Of a DNA stretch of 64,000 nucleotides, positions 11,404 through 21,058 are shown one piece after another. The stretch's first letter is position 1; each line of letters begins with the position of its first letter. This stretch comes from Acinetobacter phage nACB1. A model generated the notes under the pieces. That model ran no database searches. It worked only from the letters and a program-made list of their open reading frames with translations, and was not told where the DNA came from. A program made the position numbers and the translations under genes. The DNA lies in the sequence record OQ032511.1. One strand, given 5' to 3'.

Positions 11404-11405
11404 TT

Positions 11406-11582
11406 CTAAATCCAGTTAAAGTTAATACTATCTGAGTCTGCCATAACTTCACGTACATAATCAACAGCTTCTGTATGTAAGGCTGTTGGGTGTTGTATAC
11501 GGTAAAGTTCATATAGCTCTACGAACCGCTGTGTGTATGCTTTCAGTCTAGTGTCTGAAGTGCCTATGTCATGTAGTCTCAT
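11406..11582 (-). CDS. small hypothetical protein (58 aa), below ORF-track cutoff
   Basis: ATG overlaps upstream stop (ATGA); MRLHDIGTSDTRLKAYTQRF...; ends 1 nt before next gene ATG. Confidence 0.3.
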   Translation of the reverse strand: MRLHDIGTSDTRLKAYTQRFVELYELYRIQHPTALHTEAVDYVREVMADSDSINFNWI

Positions 11583-11911
11583 TGGGTATCCTCATAAGTA
11601 ATAGTGTCTGCTTCTTGAAATATCATCTTAGTCATCTCAATTGCAGTCTGATGATCTAACACGATATTGTCTGTACGAATCTTCACGTAAGCTTTCTTGA
11701 AGTTTTCAACTTCTTGTTGCTTACGTTTTTCTTCAAGCATTTTTGCATTATATTCAGACTGCCTTTTTGCATGTTCCATAGAATCCCACATACCCTCTAA
11801 TCTTCTATTATCACTAAGAATTTTAGAAGCTGTTAACTCACTAAGAGAAACTTCAGAAGCAGCATAAGGCATACCAAGTAAACCTGCGCGTATTAAATCA
11901 TCTTTATCCAT
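11579..11911 (-). CDS. hypothetical protein (110 aa)
   Basis: ORF in tightly packed minus-strand operon. Confidence 0.45.
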   Translation of the reverse strand: MDKDDLIRAGLLGMPYAASEVSLSELTASKILSDNRRLEGMWDSMEHAKRQSEYNAKMLEEKRKQQEVENFKKAYVKIRTDNIVLDHQTAIEMTKMIFQEADTITYEDTQ

Positions 11912-11912
11912 C

Positions 11913-12299
11913 TTACTTAATCCGTGTCATTTTACGTTGGAAGTTGGTTAATGGTTTAGCCCATGTCAATCCATTCTCACCTTGGTACACCACTGTAGGT
12001 GGGTATTCAGGACGTAATGAATGTTCATTGGCAATTGCAAGTACTTTATAGATATTGCTGTTGATGTGTTGAAATACTTGTCCTGGTTTAGGATAGAAAG
12101 ATTTCATCACATTCTTAACAGCTTCTTTTAATGACGTGTAAGACTCTACAGATGAGCTGCCTGAACGAGTTGACCGAAAGATTCGAAATACACCTTCTTT
12201 GGTAAACTTGATTTCAATACGAAGTTCAGGAGTAGTAAGTACACGTTCTTGTCCACGAGACATGGAACCAAGAGTGTTACGTAAGTTATCGTAATCCAT
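11913..12299 (-). CDS. hypothetical protein (128 aa)
   Basis: ORF; preceded by terminator/hairpin at 12313..12348. Confidence 0.45.
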   Translation of the reverse strand: MDYDNLRNTLGSMSRGQERVLTTPELRIEIKFTKEGVFRIFRSTRSGSSSVESYTSLKEAVKNVMKSFYPKPGQVFQHINSNIYKVLAIANEHSLRPEYPPTVVYQGENGLTWAKPLTNFQRKMTRIK

Positions 12300-12312
12300 T
12301 AGGATTTCCTTA

Positions 12313-12348
12313 AATAAAAATAGCCACCTTATTCAGGTGGCTTTTTTG
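12313..12348. terminator. bidirectional hairpin terminator
   Basis: aaaaa-tagccacct-tattc-aggtggct-tttttt; overlaps stop of micro-ORF 12329..12502. Confidence 0.55.
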
Positions 12349-12502
12349 TGAAGTACATGTTCACCTTAACGAGTATCCATAGGATAGCTCCTACAGTCAG
12401 TAGTACTGCTGTAATCTTAACTGCCATCCATAAGGCTACTGCCATTGAATACAGAACTAAGGCTCCCACTACAAATGCTATGAGATACCATAGTTCTTTC
12501 AT
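12329..12502 (-). CDS. small two-TM membrane protein (57 aa), below ORF-track cutoff
   Basis: TAATG overlap with upstream stop; MKELWYLIAFVVGALVLYSMAVALWMAVKITAVLLTVGAILWILVKVNMYFTKKPPE. Confidence 0.35.
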   Translation of the reverse strand: MKELWYLIAFVVGALVLYSMAVALWMAVKITAVLLTVGAILWILVKVNMYFTKKPPE

Positions 12503-12987
12503 TACATGAACAACTTAGTACGAGGTGCTTCTGCAACAACTTCTTCAGCTTCAGTCTCAGCTTCTACTTCAGGAGTTAATGCACGTTCGACTGCTTCAGC
12601 AACTGCAACATCTTCTACAGATGGTGTAGCTACTTCACCTGCAGGTTCAGATTCAGGTTCAACTACTTCTAAACCAACTTCAGCAATGTGTGCTTTAGCT
12701 GCTTCAACTGGAGTGGTTTCAACTACTTGAGTTACTTCAGGTTCTTCAACACCAGTTTCTTCAGTGATGTTAAGTTCAGCACGTAAACCATCTTTAGGTG
12801 ATTTAACAAAGTTGATCTTTGCTAAATCTTCTTCGTTGATGGTGTAACCATTGTCAGATAAGAAGTTACGTACTGCTGCTGTAATGTCAGCTTGATCCAA
12901 TTCAATTTTGACTTGGCGTTTGATTTGTACTTGCATGTTTGTATTCCAAAATGAGTTGTTTAAATTCAGGTGTACTGGCTGCAGCAT
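12502..12987 (-). CDS. acidic E/V/A-rich protein (probable start at internal Met MQVQIKRQ, ~12936)
   Basis: C-terminal half is PEVEAETEAEEVVAE-type acidic low-complexity. Confidence 0.45.
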   Translation of the reverse strand: MLQPVHLNLNNSFWNTNMQVQIKRQVKIELDQADITAAVRNFLSDNGYTINEEDLAKINFVKSPKDGLRAELNITEETGVEEPEVTQVVETTPVEAAKAHIAEVGLEVVEPESEPAGEVATPSVEDVAVAEAVERALTPEVEAETEAEEVVAEAPRTKLFM

Positions 12988-13456
12988 AGATAGCTACGAT
13001 AGCATCTGCCATATGCTCAGCTTCACCTATTTTGATATTCCCTCGGTACATAGGCCAAGGGGCTTCTGGGTGTTGCTTACTTGCCCACTCTACTACTTCT
13101 CGCTTAGTGGCTTTTGGATTGCCTACAACCTTCTTCACAGCTTGTGGAGTTACATAGATAAAGTGGTCAGCCTTAACGCTACCCAATACACCTAAACAGA
13201 TACCACGGCCCTTAGCTGCATCTGCACTCTGAGAACCTGTGGGAACTTCTACACAGACAATATCTGCGTCATGGACAACTTCCTGTACACCCTCATAGAG
13301 TTGTGTAGCAGAGATAATATCCAGTTCTGATGTACGCTTAGTATGGTCTTCCAGAATGCCTGTATGCACTACACGCATATCTGAGATTACTAAGTTACCA
13401 TCATCTAATGAGGCATGACCAATGGCCATACCCCAATGTCTAAAGCTAGGGATCAC
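12902..13456 (-). CDS. putative RuvC-like Holliday junction resolvase
   Basis: 184 aa; MAIGHASLDDG... N-terminus and C-terminal EHMADAIVAIYAA resemble RuvC catalytic Asp/His region; call from motifs only. Confidence 0.4.
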   Translation of the reverse strand: MIPSFRHWGMAIGHASLDDGNLVISDMRVVHTGILEDHTKRTSELDIISATQLYEGVQEVVHDADIVCVEVPTGSQSADAAKGRGICLGVLGSVKADHFIYVTPQAVKKVVGNPKATKREVVEWASKQHPEAPWPMYRGNIKIGEAEHMADAIVAIYAAASTPEFKQLILEYKHASTNQTPSQN

Positions 13457-14007
13457 ATCCTACGATTTTTATATGTGAGATGTGGTTTACCCTCCTTACT
13501 AGCACTGATGTTATACAATTCGATGACACGTCTAACAATGTTACGCGGGAAGGCTAGTTCATCAGCAACTTCTGTAAGACCACCGTAATACTGCTTGGTT
13601 TTTGCTAATGCAATGATGCGATCACGGTCAGCGTCAGATACCAATGCTCTGTAATGTTTCTCACCTTTACAACTACGGTTCTTCTTAACCATGTCTTCTA
13701 GGTTCTCTTTAGGAGTTCCATATTTAAGATTGGATAAGTTGTTGTTAGTGCAGTCATCATCAAGATGCATAACTAGATGTCCTTTAGGGCATGGGCCTAC
13801 AAAGGCTTCTAGTACTAATTGGTGTACACGTCTTGATTTACCACCGAGATTTACACGTAGATAATCTGAGTCACTGAACGGAGTTAGGCTAAGTAGGTGA
13901 GGTGTAGTTAATAAACTTCCCCTACCATTCTTAGGTCGCCAAGACCTTACTTGTCCTTGATCCGATACATCGTAACCTTCAAAGTTAGGTATTGGCTTCC
14001 AAATCAT
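13453..14007 (-). CDS. HNH homing endonuclease (NUMOD4-like N-terminus + HNH_3)
   Basis: WKPIPNFEGYDVSDQGQVRSW motif; HLDDDCTNNNLSNL HNH-N core. Confidence 0.65.
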   Translation of the reverse strand: MIWKPIPNFEGYDVSDQGQVRSWRPKNGRGSLLTTPHLLSLTPFSDSDYLRVNLGGKSRRVHQLVLEAFVGPCPKGHLVMHLDDDCTNNNLSNLKYGTPKENLEDMVKKNRSCKGEKHYRALVSDADRDRIIALAKTKQYYGGLTEVADELAFPRNIVRRVIELYNISASKEGKPHLTYKNRRM

Positions 14008-14010
14008 TAC

Positions 14011-14346
14011 TTAACCTTCGCCATCTTCAGGCACACCCTTGATAGGGAATGTATCCATGATTTCTAACACGTAATTAATACCTGCTAAGAAACCTGCTTT
14101 GTGATCATCATTACCATCAATAACAATGTCATTACCTTCACCATCAACTTCACCAGTTGGGATGTCGATACCTACGTTGTCAGGCATTTGTAATTGATGA
14201 TGCAGTTTCTGAATCATATTGAAGTGCCAATGAGTAACAATGTTACCCATCATTTGCACATCAGTAATCTTTACAGCTTCTGCTGATACACCCATTGCGT
14301 CCAAGTCTTTTTGACTTGGTTCTACTGGTTTAACTTCTTCAGTCAT
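14011..14346 (-). CDS. hypothetical acidic protein (111 aa)
   Basis: ORF. Confidence 0.45.
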   Translation of the reverse strand: MTEEVKPVEPSQKDLDAMGVSAEAVKITDVQMMGNIVTHWHFNMIQKLHHQLQMPDNVGIDIPTGEVDGEGNDIVIDGNDDHKAGFLAGINYVLEIMDTFPIKGVPEDGEG

Positions 14347-14381
14347 TTGAGTTCCTAGTGGGGCCTAAGCCCCTTAGTTTA

Positions 14382-15086
14382 TTAACCGAATAAACCAGAT
14401 GGTTTATTTGTTGCAGTGTGAGATGCTTGGTTAGCAGGCGTTGCTGCTTTCTTCGCTTCTTTCACTTTGCCTTTGTTGGTTTTAAGCCATGCTTCTAAAG
14501 CAGCTGCTTCTTGACCATTGGCTTTTTCAACAGCTGATTGCGTTGTTTCAGGATCAAAGCATTTAACGATTGAGTTAATAAGAGTGAACTCACCAGTACC
14601 TTCATAGTTACCAGTCGCATCATTCTTTTTCTGCTTTTCCTTTTCTTCTTCTTGAACTGCAAGAAGAACACGTTGACCAATCATAGGAATGACTGCTTGA
14701 ACATCTTGTAGTACTTCTGCTTTCGCTGTGAAGTCATACAATTTAACTGAGCGTGTTTCCACGTCTGCAGCAAGATCAAACAAGCCTTTACCAGTAGTCA
14801 TAACTGCTAAGTTATTAATTAACTGGAACCCTGGAAGATGGAAATGTTTACCATCTTTTTCGTAAGTGTTTTGACCAGTTTTATTTGTGATATACACAGT
14901 TTCAGTGAGTTTTTTACCATTGTCTAAATTGACATGGACAGTAACATTACGCGCACCTGATTGAGCTTGACCTACAAATACCATGCCTAGCGTACCGCTA
15001 TATGCACCTGTATCTAATGTACGTTTGCTAAAATCTTTTTCTGCTTCTACGTTAGTGCTTGCTGCGCCTGTACCGAAAATTGACAT
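14382..15086 (-). CDS. hypothetical protein; positional candidate for N4 gp45-like ssDNA-binding protein
   Basis: 234 aa next to primase/ATPase genes as SSB is in N4; no diagnostic motif seen. Confidence 0.4.
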   Translation of the reverse strand: MSIFGTGAASTNVEAEKDFSKRTLDTGAYSGTLGMVFVGQAQSGARNVTVHVNLDNGKKLTETVYITNKTGQNTYEKDGKHFHLPGFQLINNLAVMTTGKGLFDLAADVETRSVKLYDFTAKAEVLQDVQAVIPMIGQRVLLAVQEEEKEKQKKNDATGNYEGTGEFTLINSIVKCFDPETTQSAVEKANGQEAAALEAWLKTNKGKVKEAKKAATPANQASHTATNKPSGLFG

Positions 15087-15088
15087 AA

Positions 15089-15766
15089 TTAAATTCCTGT
15101 TGGTTTGCTACCATGATTGTCATGGAAGCCTAGTTCGATTGCTTTTGCCTTACGTTCTCTGATGGCATCATCAACGTTATCGTAAGACTTTTGAAAGACC
15201 TTCTTACCGTTAAAGGTAATCTCGGCCACATATTTAAAGGTTTGCTTGTTATACCAAATCCCAACCTCTCCCACTTTAGAGTGAGGGTTACGACTACGGT
15301 TACGAGCATTTTCTGCCTTGGTTACTTCACGTAGGTTAGACCATCTGTTATCAGAACGTATTTGATTAATATGATCTATCTCGCCTTTAGGCCATTCGCC
15401 TGTTTGCATAAACCAAATCAATCTGTGTTCTTTGTAGGTGTTACCCATGAAGCTTATTTGTCTATAACCTGTCTTCTTAACTACACTACCAGCACGCTGC
15501 CCAGGTAACATACGTTTAGAGTGAAGGCCACTAGTCCAAATAAGATTTCCAGTAGTAGGGTCATATTTTAATACCTGCTTAACGAGTTCAACTGTTAAGT
15601 CTTCTCGGTTAATCTTCTTTGTAGAACTCATGTACCACATCCAGTAAAGTCTGTGCGTCATTGTCAATGAAGGTTTCAGAAGGCTTAAACATACCCATTG
15701 GCCCGCGAATACGTTCACCAGTTGTGTTCTTGGTAATACGTGTTTGGAACACATGCTTGTAACCAA
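15089..15766 (-). CDS. HNH-AP2 homing endonuclease (likely start at Met ~15631)
   Basis: GEIDHINQIRSDNRWSNLREVTKAENARN HNH core; C-terminal AP2-like YVAEITFNGKKVFQKSYDNVDDAIRERKAKA. Confidence 0.65.
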   Translation of the reverse strand: MVTSMCSKHVLPRTQLVNVFAGQWVCLSLLKPSLTMTHRLYWMWYMSSTKKINREDLTVELVKQVLKYDPTTGNLIWTSGLHSKRMLPGQRAGSVVKKTGYRQISFMGNTYKEHRLIWFMQTGEWPKGEIDHINQIRSDNRWSNLREVTKAENARNRSRNPHSKVGEVGIWYNKQTFKYVAEITFNGKKVFQKSYDNVDDAIRERKAKAIELGFHDNHGSKPTGI

Positions 15767-16352
15767 CTAGCTTGTCATCTTCTGTGATGTTCAAGAATTG
15801 GTTTTGGTACTGTTCAAGATCACGGATAGGAACTTTCTTAACGTTAACGTTTAACGAGAAGTATGCTTCGATACCAGTGTTCTTTAATGCACCTTTAACA
15901 CGCGCTTGTGTTTTGCGTAGACCTGTAGCTTCATCTAGGTCTTCTGCGATATGAGTAATCATGATCACATTCTTAGATGACTTAGCTACATACTGTTGCA
16001 TCAAGTTCTTAAAGAACTGAGAGTAATCTTGCCATTTGGCACGAGTATCGGCAGCACCTACAATATGTACTGATTCAAACATTTCCATAAGGAATGATAC
16101 TGAATCAATTACGATTGTATGAATCTGAGGTTGTGACTCGGCCCATGTAAAGCCTTCGTATACCTGCAGTGGATCAGTAATCGTAATGCTTTTGAACTTA
16201 TTACGGAAAGGTAATTTCTTTCCTGCTTCACAGTTTAAGTATAAGACACCTTCGTGATCGCGTAGGTTCATTAGGCATGCAGATTTACCTGCTCCAGACT
16301 CACCCCCGATTAATACGAGATTGTCGTTTACTTGTTCAATTGCGGCTGTCAT
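15609..16352 (-). CDS. P-loop ATPase (RecA/Sak4-like)
   Basis: Walker A GGESGAGKS, Walker B IVIDSVSFL. Confidence 0.5.
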   Translation of the reverse strand: MTAAIEQVNDNLVLIGGESGAGKSACLMNLRDHEGVLYLNCEAGKKLPFRNKFKSITITDPLQVYEGFTWAESQPQIHTIVIDSVSFLMEMFESVHIVGAADTRAKWQDYSQFFKNLMQQYVAKSSKNVIMITHIAEDLDEATGLRKTQARVKGALKNTGIEAYFSLNVNVKKVPIRDLEQYQNQFLNITEDDKLVGYKHVFQTRITKNTTGERIRGPMGMFKPSETFIDNDAQTLLDVVHEFYKED

Positions 16353-16414
16353 TTTAACTCCAAAAAGTAAGGAGCCTTAATTGGCTCCTTGTATTGCACC
16401 AGACTGAGCGAAGC

Positions 16415-18577
16415 TCAGACCTTGTTAGCTTTGTTCTGAATAGACTTCAGAATTGTAGCTTGCAGTTCATCAGCAGATAACTTATCTGCCAATTTGTCAT
16501 TAAGGCTACGAACCTTAATACCAATATCAGTAAACTGATGCCCACTTTCAACAAGCACCATTGCATAGTTATACAATTGCTTATTACGGTTTCCATCACC
16601 TGTATTGTTAAGTACCCAACGCTCTAAGTTATCAAGCTCTTTCTGATCTTTAAACTTAGCTTCGCGTTCTTCATTCTTCGACGTACGAGGAATAAACGGA
16701 AGTACATCAAATAGTTCACCTTCGTTCATGTGTACTTCTACACTGTCACAAGTTAACCATTTCTTGTTACGTTGGTTACAAGACTCGTCCATATCAAATG
16801 GTAATGCTGACATCACATTGTCCATGAACATCTTGTACTCTTCACGATCCAATTCAAGAATATAGTTCGTAGGTAATACAATACGATAGCGATCTAAACC
16901 ATCTTCGTCTTGATGACGTTTAGTGGTATAGAAGAATGCCTTGTAGTCCTTCATCAATTCCTTAGCTGTACTTAATGGCAATGTACCATCAACATCTAAG
17001 ACAATTGTATTGAAGCCTGGGATTGTGTGATCTTCACGACGATAGCCTCCATCAAAGTGATGGTTAGCCCAATGGAAACCATTGACCTTACCTAGTCGCT
17101 CTAAGTCATCAAACTTGATACGTTGCTTCTCATAACCCTCTGCAAGCTTATCGCTTGTAGAAATGATTAGTTCATCAACGTTAGTACGTTTTAATGATTC
17201 ACCACGTAAGAACAAAATATTACCGTCATACAATTTCTTGATGATGATATTGTTCTTGTATGCCCATGCTACTGCGTACTCGAGCATTTGATCTTTCTGT
17301 TGCTTAGAACCACGGAAACAAGGTAATGCTTGTTCTAGGTCTGGTAACGTAATGTTGTTACCACAGTCCGCTAAATACTTAGCAACCTTTTCGTAATCAA
17401 ACTCTGGTTGCATCAAACGTGTAAAGTCACGTCCTGAGTCTTCAGCCAATTTCATTGCTGATTCAAGATGACTAATACGAATGTTTGGTGAGTAATCACG
17501 GAATGCATATGCAGCTGCTAACTTCAATACTTTGAAGAAGCGGTTTTCTAATTCAGAACGTAAAATGTTTTCATGATCTTTGAGCTGTTCAGCACGGCGA
17601 TCACAATTGATTTTATATTCCATTAAGTAGACTGCTTCAGCTTGTTCAATACGAACAACTTTATTCAAGTTTGAGATGTCAGCTAACTGTTCTAAACCAC
17701 ATGACAATGTATCAAGTTGAGCATCATTAGAGCTATTAAACATTTGGTTTACTAACTCTGTTGCATCTGCTGCTACATTCTTTTTAACCTTAGCGGTATA
17801 ACCAAAGAAGCAGCGACGTGCATAACCCATCTCTAACATGTCAATCAAATGACGTTGAGTTGCACCTGAGTCTAATAGTTTTGACGGTGTACCGAACAAT
17901 AACATGTTCGTTGGTGTAGCACCTTCAATACGTTCAAAGCGTGTGTTTTCAGCTGATGATTTTACAAGCTTATCCTTGATCATGCCTGTGTCATACAGTT
18001 CAAGGAATGCATTGGTTACTTCTTCTTGACCAACTAAGTTAGCACCAATTTCATCAATCTGTAGATTGACTCCACCTGCTTTAGCTAAGTTAAGTTTATG
18101 ACGAAGTTGTTTAACTGCAGGAACTGTTGCAGAGTCAAATGAGAATAACAATGAACCAATAGAGTTAAACTCTTTAGTTAATCCTGCTAATTCATCATGA
18201 GGGTCTGAGCCTTTACGTGTAGCACGTGAGTTGGCTAACTTCTGCATGTTCTGTTCTGCAGCTAATGGGAACGTGTTTTCCATGAATGACTCACGGAAGC
18301 GATCAATGACGCTACGCTCAATCAGACCAGTAGAGTAACCCTTACCAGTACCTGAAGGACTTAGGTTCATTGCATAAATGTTGATGGGTAATGTGTTACC
18401 ACCCCAACCTTGAATGTTCGCATGCATCTGAGAAGCAAGTACTCCCCAGTAATACGTACACGCAATACGGAAGAACATGCGTTCTGAGTTCTGAGTCTTT
18501 GCACACATAATATCTGTGAGCATTTCAGTAACTGGGTCATAGGCCATCTGATCGAATGGCTTTAGTTGTGTTGTCAT
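16415..18577 (-). CDS. DNA primase (N4 gp43 / VirE-like, P-loop)
   Basis: 720 aa; P-loop-like SPSGTGKGYS; size and position as N4 primase. Confidence 0.45.
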   Translation of the reverse strand: MTTQLKPFDQMAYDPVTEMLTDIMCAKTQNSERMFFRIACTYYWGVLASQMHANIQGWGGNTLPINIYAMNLSPSGTGKGYSTGLIERSVIDRFRESFMENTFPLAAEQNMQKLANSRATRKGSDPHDELAGLTKEFNSIGSLLFSFDSATVPAVKQLRHKLNLAKAGGVNLQIDEIGANLVGQEEVTNAFLELYDTGMIKDKLVKSSAENTRFERIEGATPTNMLLFGTPSKLLDSGATQRHLIDMLEMGYARRCFFGYTAKVKKNVAADATELVNQMFNSSNDAQLDTLSCGLEQLADISNLNKVVRIEQAEAVYLMEYKINCDRRAEQLKDHENILRSELENRFFKVLKLAAAYAFRDYSPNIRISHLESAMKLAEDSGRDFTRLMQPEFDYEKVAKYLADCGNNITLPDLEQALPCFRGSKQQKDQMLEYAVAWAYKNNIIIKKLYDGNILFLRGESLKRTNVDELIISTSDKLAEGYEKQRIKFDDLERLGKVNGFHWANHHFDGGYRREDHTIPGFNTIVLDVDGTLPLSTAKELMKDYKAFFYTTKRHQDEDGLDRYRIVLPTNYILELDREEYKMFMDNVMSALPFDMDESCNQRNKKWLTCDSVEVHMNEGELFDVLPFIPRTSKNEEREAKFKDQKELDNLERWVLNNTGDGNRNKQLYNYAMVLVESGHQFTDIGIKVRSLNDKLADKLSADELQATILKSIQNKANKV

Positions 18578-18585
18578 CTTAGTTC

Positions 18586-19566
18586 CTAAATTTTTAATTC
18601 ACCTGCAGCTATGAGGTCATCTTTCTGACTGCATAGCGTAAATGCAGAACAATAGAGACAAGCTGTTACTTGTCCCTTCACCACGTCGATACGTCCTTTG
18701 CTACCTTTCTCAATAAAGTACTTATTGGCTTCATACATTGAACTAAAGTTCTTTTGGCTTTTACCTGTGGAAGCAGGGTTGCTGTAATACTTAAATGAGT
18801 CATCCTTACGCCACAAATCTTTATCTGTGCATAAAGGTAATTCTGATTCAGGTAAGTTCTCACATGCAATTAGACGCTGCACTTTATGTTCAACGAAGCG
18901 TTGTACTTCAGCTTCAGGAAGAAGCTCAAACTCTCGTGAGATAATTTGTGAGTGTGGGTATTTCTCTCTATCAGATAGATAACGGTTTTTATTCCAATCC
19001 ATGAAGATAAAGATAATGGACATGCGATCATCAGTAATAATATCAGGATTAAGCCAACGATAGATGCTACCTTGTAAGATATAATCTTCGTCTTTATTTC
19101 CACTAGTCCACGCAAATGTACTTGTAGTCTTGAAATCATGTACGCGACCATCTGCGATGAAGTCAAACTTACCTGTAACCTTTACTCCAAATACTTCACG
19201 GCTACTACGCTTCTCTAAATAGATAGGGATAGTTGGGCCTGTGAATGTCTCAGGATCATGGTTTACCTTAATGCGGTTAATGGCTTTCTGAGGAACGCCT
19301 AATGCAGTTAAGGTATCTGCAAGACTTGGGTCTGTCCATGTACGTTCAATTGCATCATGAATTGCTGTACCGATACGAGATTTAATCATACCGCTTACAT
19401 CTATGGTTCCCTCTCCAGGAGGTAGACGCTTAGTAAGGATGGTTTGACGAATAGGTCTCATCAATGTGGTAGCAGATAATCCTGCTTCACTTCGATCATA
19501 CGTATCATGAGCTAACCAAGCTGCAATAGGTAATGGTAGATTTGTTTGATTTGAATATTGCGCCAT
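18586..19566 (-). CDS. PD-(D/E)XK nuclease with C-terminal 4-Cys cluster (Cas4/RecB-like)
   Basis: FIADGRVHDFKTT motif; C-terminal C...CLYCSAFTLC. Confidence 0.5.
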   Translation of the reverse strand: MAQYSNQTNLPLPIAAWLAHDTYDRSEAGLSATTLMRPIRQTILTKRLPPGEGTIDVSGMIKSRIGTAIHDAIERTWTDPSLADTLTALGVPQKAINRIKVNHDPETFTGPTIPIYLEKRSSREVFGVKVTGKFDFIADGRVHDFKTTSTFAWTSGNKDEDYILQGSIYRWLNPDIITDDRMSIIFIFMDWNKNRYLSDREKYPHSQIISREFELLPEAEVQRFVEHKVQRLIACENLPESELPLCTDKDLWRKDDSFKYYSNPASTGKSQKNFSSMYEANKYFIEKGSKGRIDVVKGQVTACLYCSAFTLCSQKDDLIAAGELKI

Positions 19567-19711
19567 ATTAGGTACTCAAATTAATAGTGGGTGTTTCCCC
19601 ATAACCTGCATCATCAACTGTTATGTCTACACGACGGTAATCAATTAACACTTCAGCTTCTTGATCAAACTCATTTAATAGTTCTATGAGGTCTTTGACT
19701 TTCATATCTTC

Positions 19712-19741
19712 TCCAAAGGCAAGAAACCCACCGTGAGGTGG
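19712..19741 (-). terminator. intrinsic terminator after RNR beta gene
   Basis: cccacc-gtga-ggtggg; minus-strand downstream tttcttgccttt. Confidence 0.5.
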
Positions 19742-19749
19742 GCTTAGAA

Positions 19750-20808
19750 TTATCCGTTAAGGATTTCCTGTTCTATTTCATAATCTGTCTTAAAGTCAGT
19801 GTCAGGATATTTCCATTCACCTGTAAGACTACCAATAGAATAGTTTGTGCTTGCAGCTTCAAAGAAGTTTACAAGACTAGACTTAGCAAATAATAATCCT
19901 ACCTGAGGTAAGATTTCATCTGTAACGTCAGGGTAGATTGCATCAATACCAATATTCAATTGACTGCTACGAGCATTAGCTAATTGTTTCAAGAATACTT
20001 CGATCTGATCAATTGATAGATCACGTAGACTGCCTTTACTGTATGCACACTTAGCAAGAGCAATACCACGCTCTACAGCAGCATTAAACATCTCTTGGAT
20101 GTTGTAAATGAAGTCTGCAGTCAATACTCCAGGGTTCTCTGCAAGCTCTTGGTTGATTAACCAAGTTAAACCTTCACAATGTTGGTTTTCGTCGCGAGCT
20201 GACCATGCAACTACTTCTTGACCTAGACAAGTCATCTTACCAAAGCGTTGTGCATTGATAAGCATTAAGAAGATTCCATAGATGCCAATACCTTCACCAC
20301 AGATATGTTTAACCAACGTGTAGATACGATGAGATGCTAAACTACCATTGATAGTTTGAGCAGTCATGAACTCACGTTGATCATAGACTTCATCAATATC
20401 CAACATCTCACAGTACTGCTCTTTAGGAATACCGAACTGATCTGGTAACATATCATAACACTGTACATGAGTAGCTTCACGGTCAATGACTTTAGCTAAC
20501 CAGTAACGCTGCTCAGGTTGTGTGTACCATTGTGCTAAGTTCTCAAAGTAAGAACCTGCAACATCTACGTCAGCTTGAGTAAAGTATAGAAGTAGGAACT
20601 GATAAATAGCCTGCTCTTCTGGATTGGTTTTACCCAATTCTTTCCAGTCTTTAACATCCTGCCCTAGCTTCTTTACTTCTTCGATAGTCCAGTTCATCTT
20701 GCGATGAGTTTCAGCTAAGTTATATAACTCTGGGTATCGGAAAGGTTTCCAGTAATCACGTCCGTCAACAAGTGTTAATGCGTCGTGACTAATTTGATTA
20801 AATGCCAT
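19750..20808 (-). CDS. nrdB: ribonucleotide reductase class I small subunit (beta)
   Basis: Ferritin-like iron motifs VIDREATHVQCY and SARDENQHCEG (E..H pairs). Confidence 0.65.
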   Translation of the reverse strand: MAFNQISHDALTLVDGRDYWKPFRYPELYNLAETHRKMNWTIEEVKKLGQDVKDWKELGKTNPEEQAIYQFLLLYFTQADVDVAGSYFENLAQWYTQPEQRYWLAKVIDREATHVQCYDMLPDQFGIPKEQYCEMLDIDEVYDQREFMTAQTINGSLASHRIYTLVKHICGEGIGIYGIFLMLINAQRFGKMTCLGQEVVAWSARDENQHCEGLTWLINQELAENPGVLTADFIYNIQEMFNAAVERGIALAKCAYSKGSLRDLSIDQIEVFLKQLANARSSQLNIGIDAIYPDVTDEILPQVGLLFAKSSLVNFFEAASTNYSIGSLTGEWKYPDTDFKTDYEIEQEILNG

Positions 20809-21058
20809 TGATTAGCTCCAGTAATTCAGGGTGATAATCACGATTGTCTTTAGCCATAATACTAATTAGCTTTCGTGCAATGCTGTGTGGGGCAGTTGAA
20901 CCAAACACAGATTCAATACCTTTAAAGATATGAATATATGTTTTACGTTCAAATACTAGGATTGATTCATTTGCATCAATAGGTAAATAGGTACGAGTAC
21001 CTATTAAACTTGCAATGACCTGAGTTAGTTTATGCTCATTCACTGGTTTAACCCTCAC
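20798..21058 (-). CDS. hypothetical protein (86 aa) between RNR subunit genes
   Basis: ORF overlapping both neighbours by 11 nt. Confidence 0.4.
   Translation of the reverse strand: MRVKPVNEHKLTQVIASLIGTRTYLPIDANESILVFERKTYIHIFKGIESVFGSTAPHSIARKLISIMAKDNRDYHPELLELINGI

Noticed and set aside
14382-15086. Confident assignment of this ORF as the N4 gp45-type SSB
   Set aside because: Assignment is positional only; no OB-fold or acidic-tail signature could be recognised by eye
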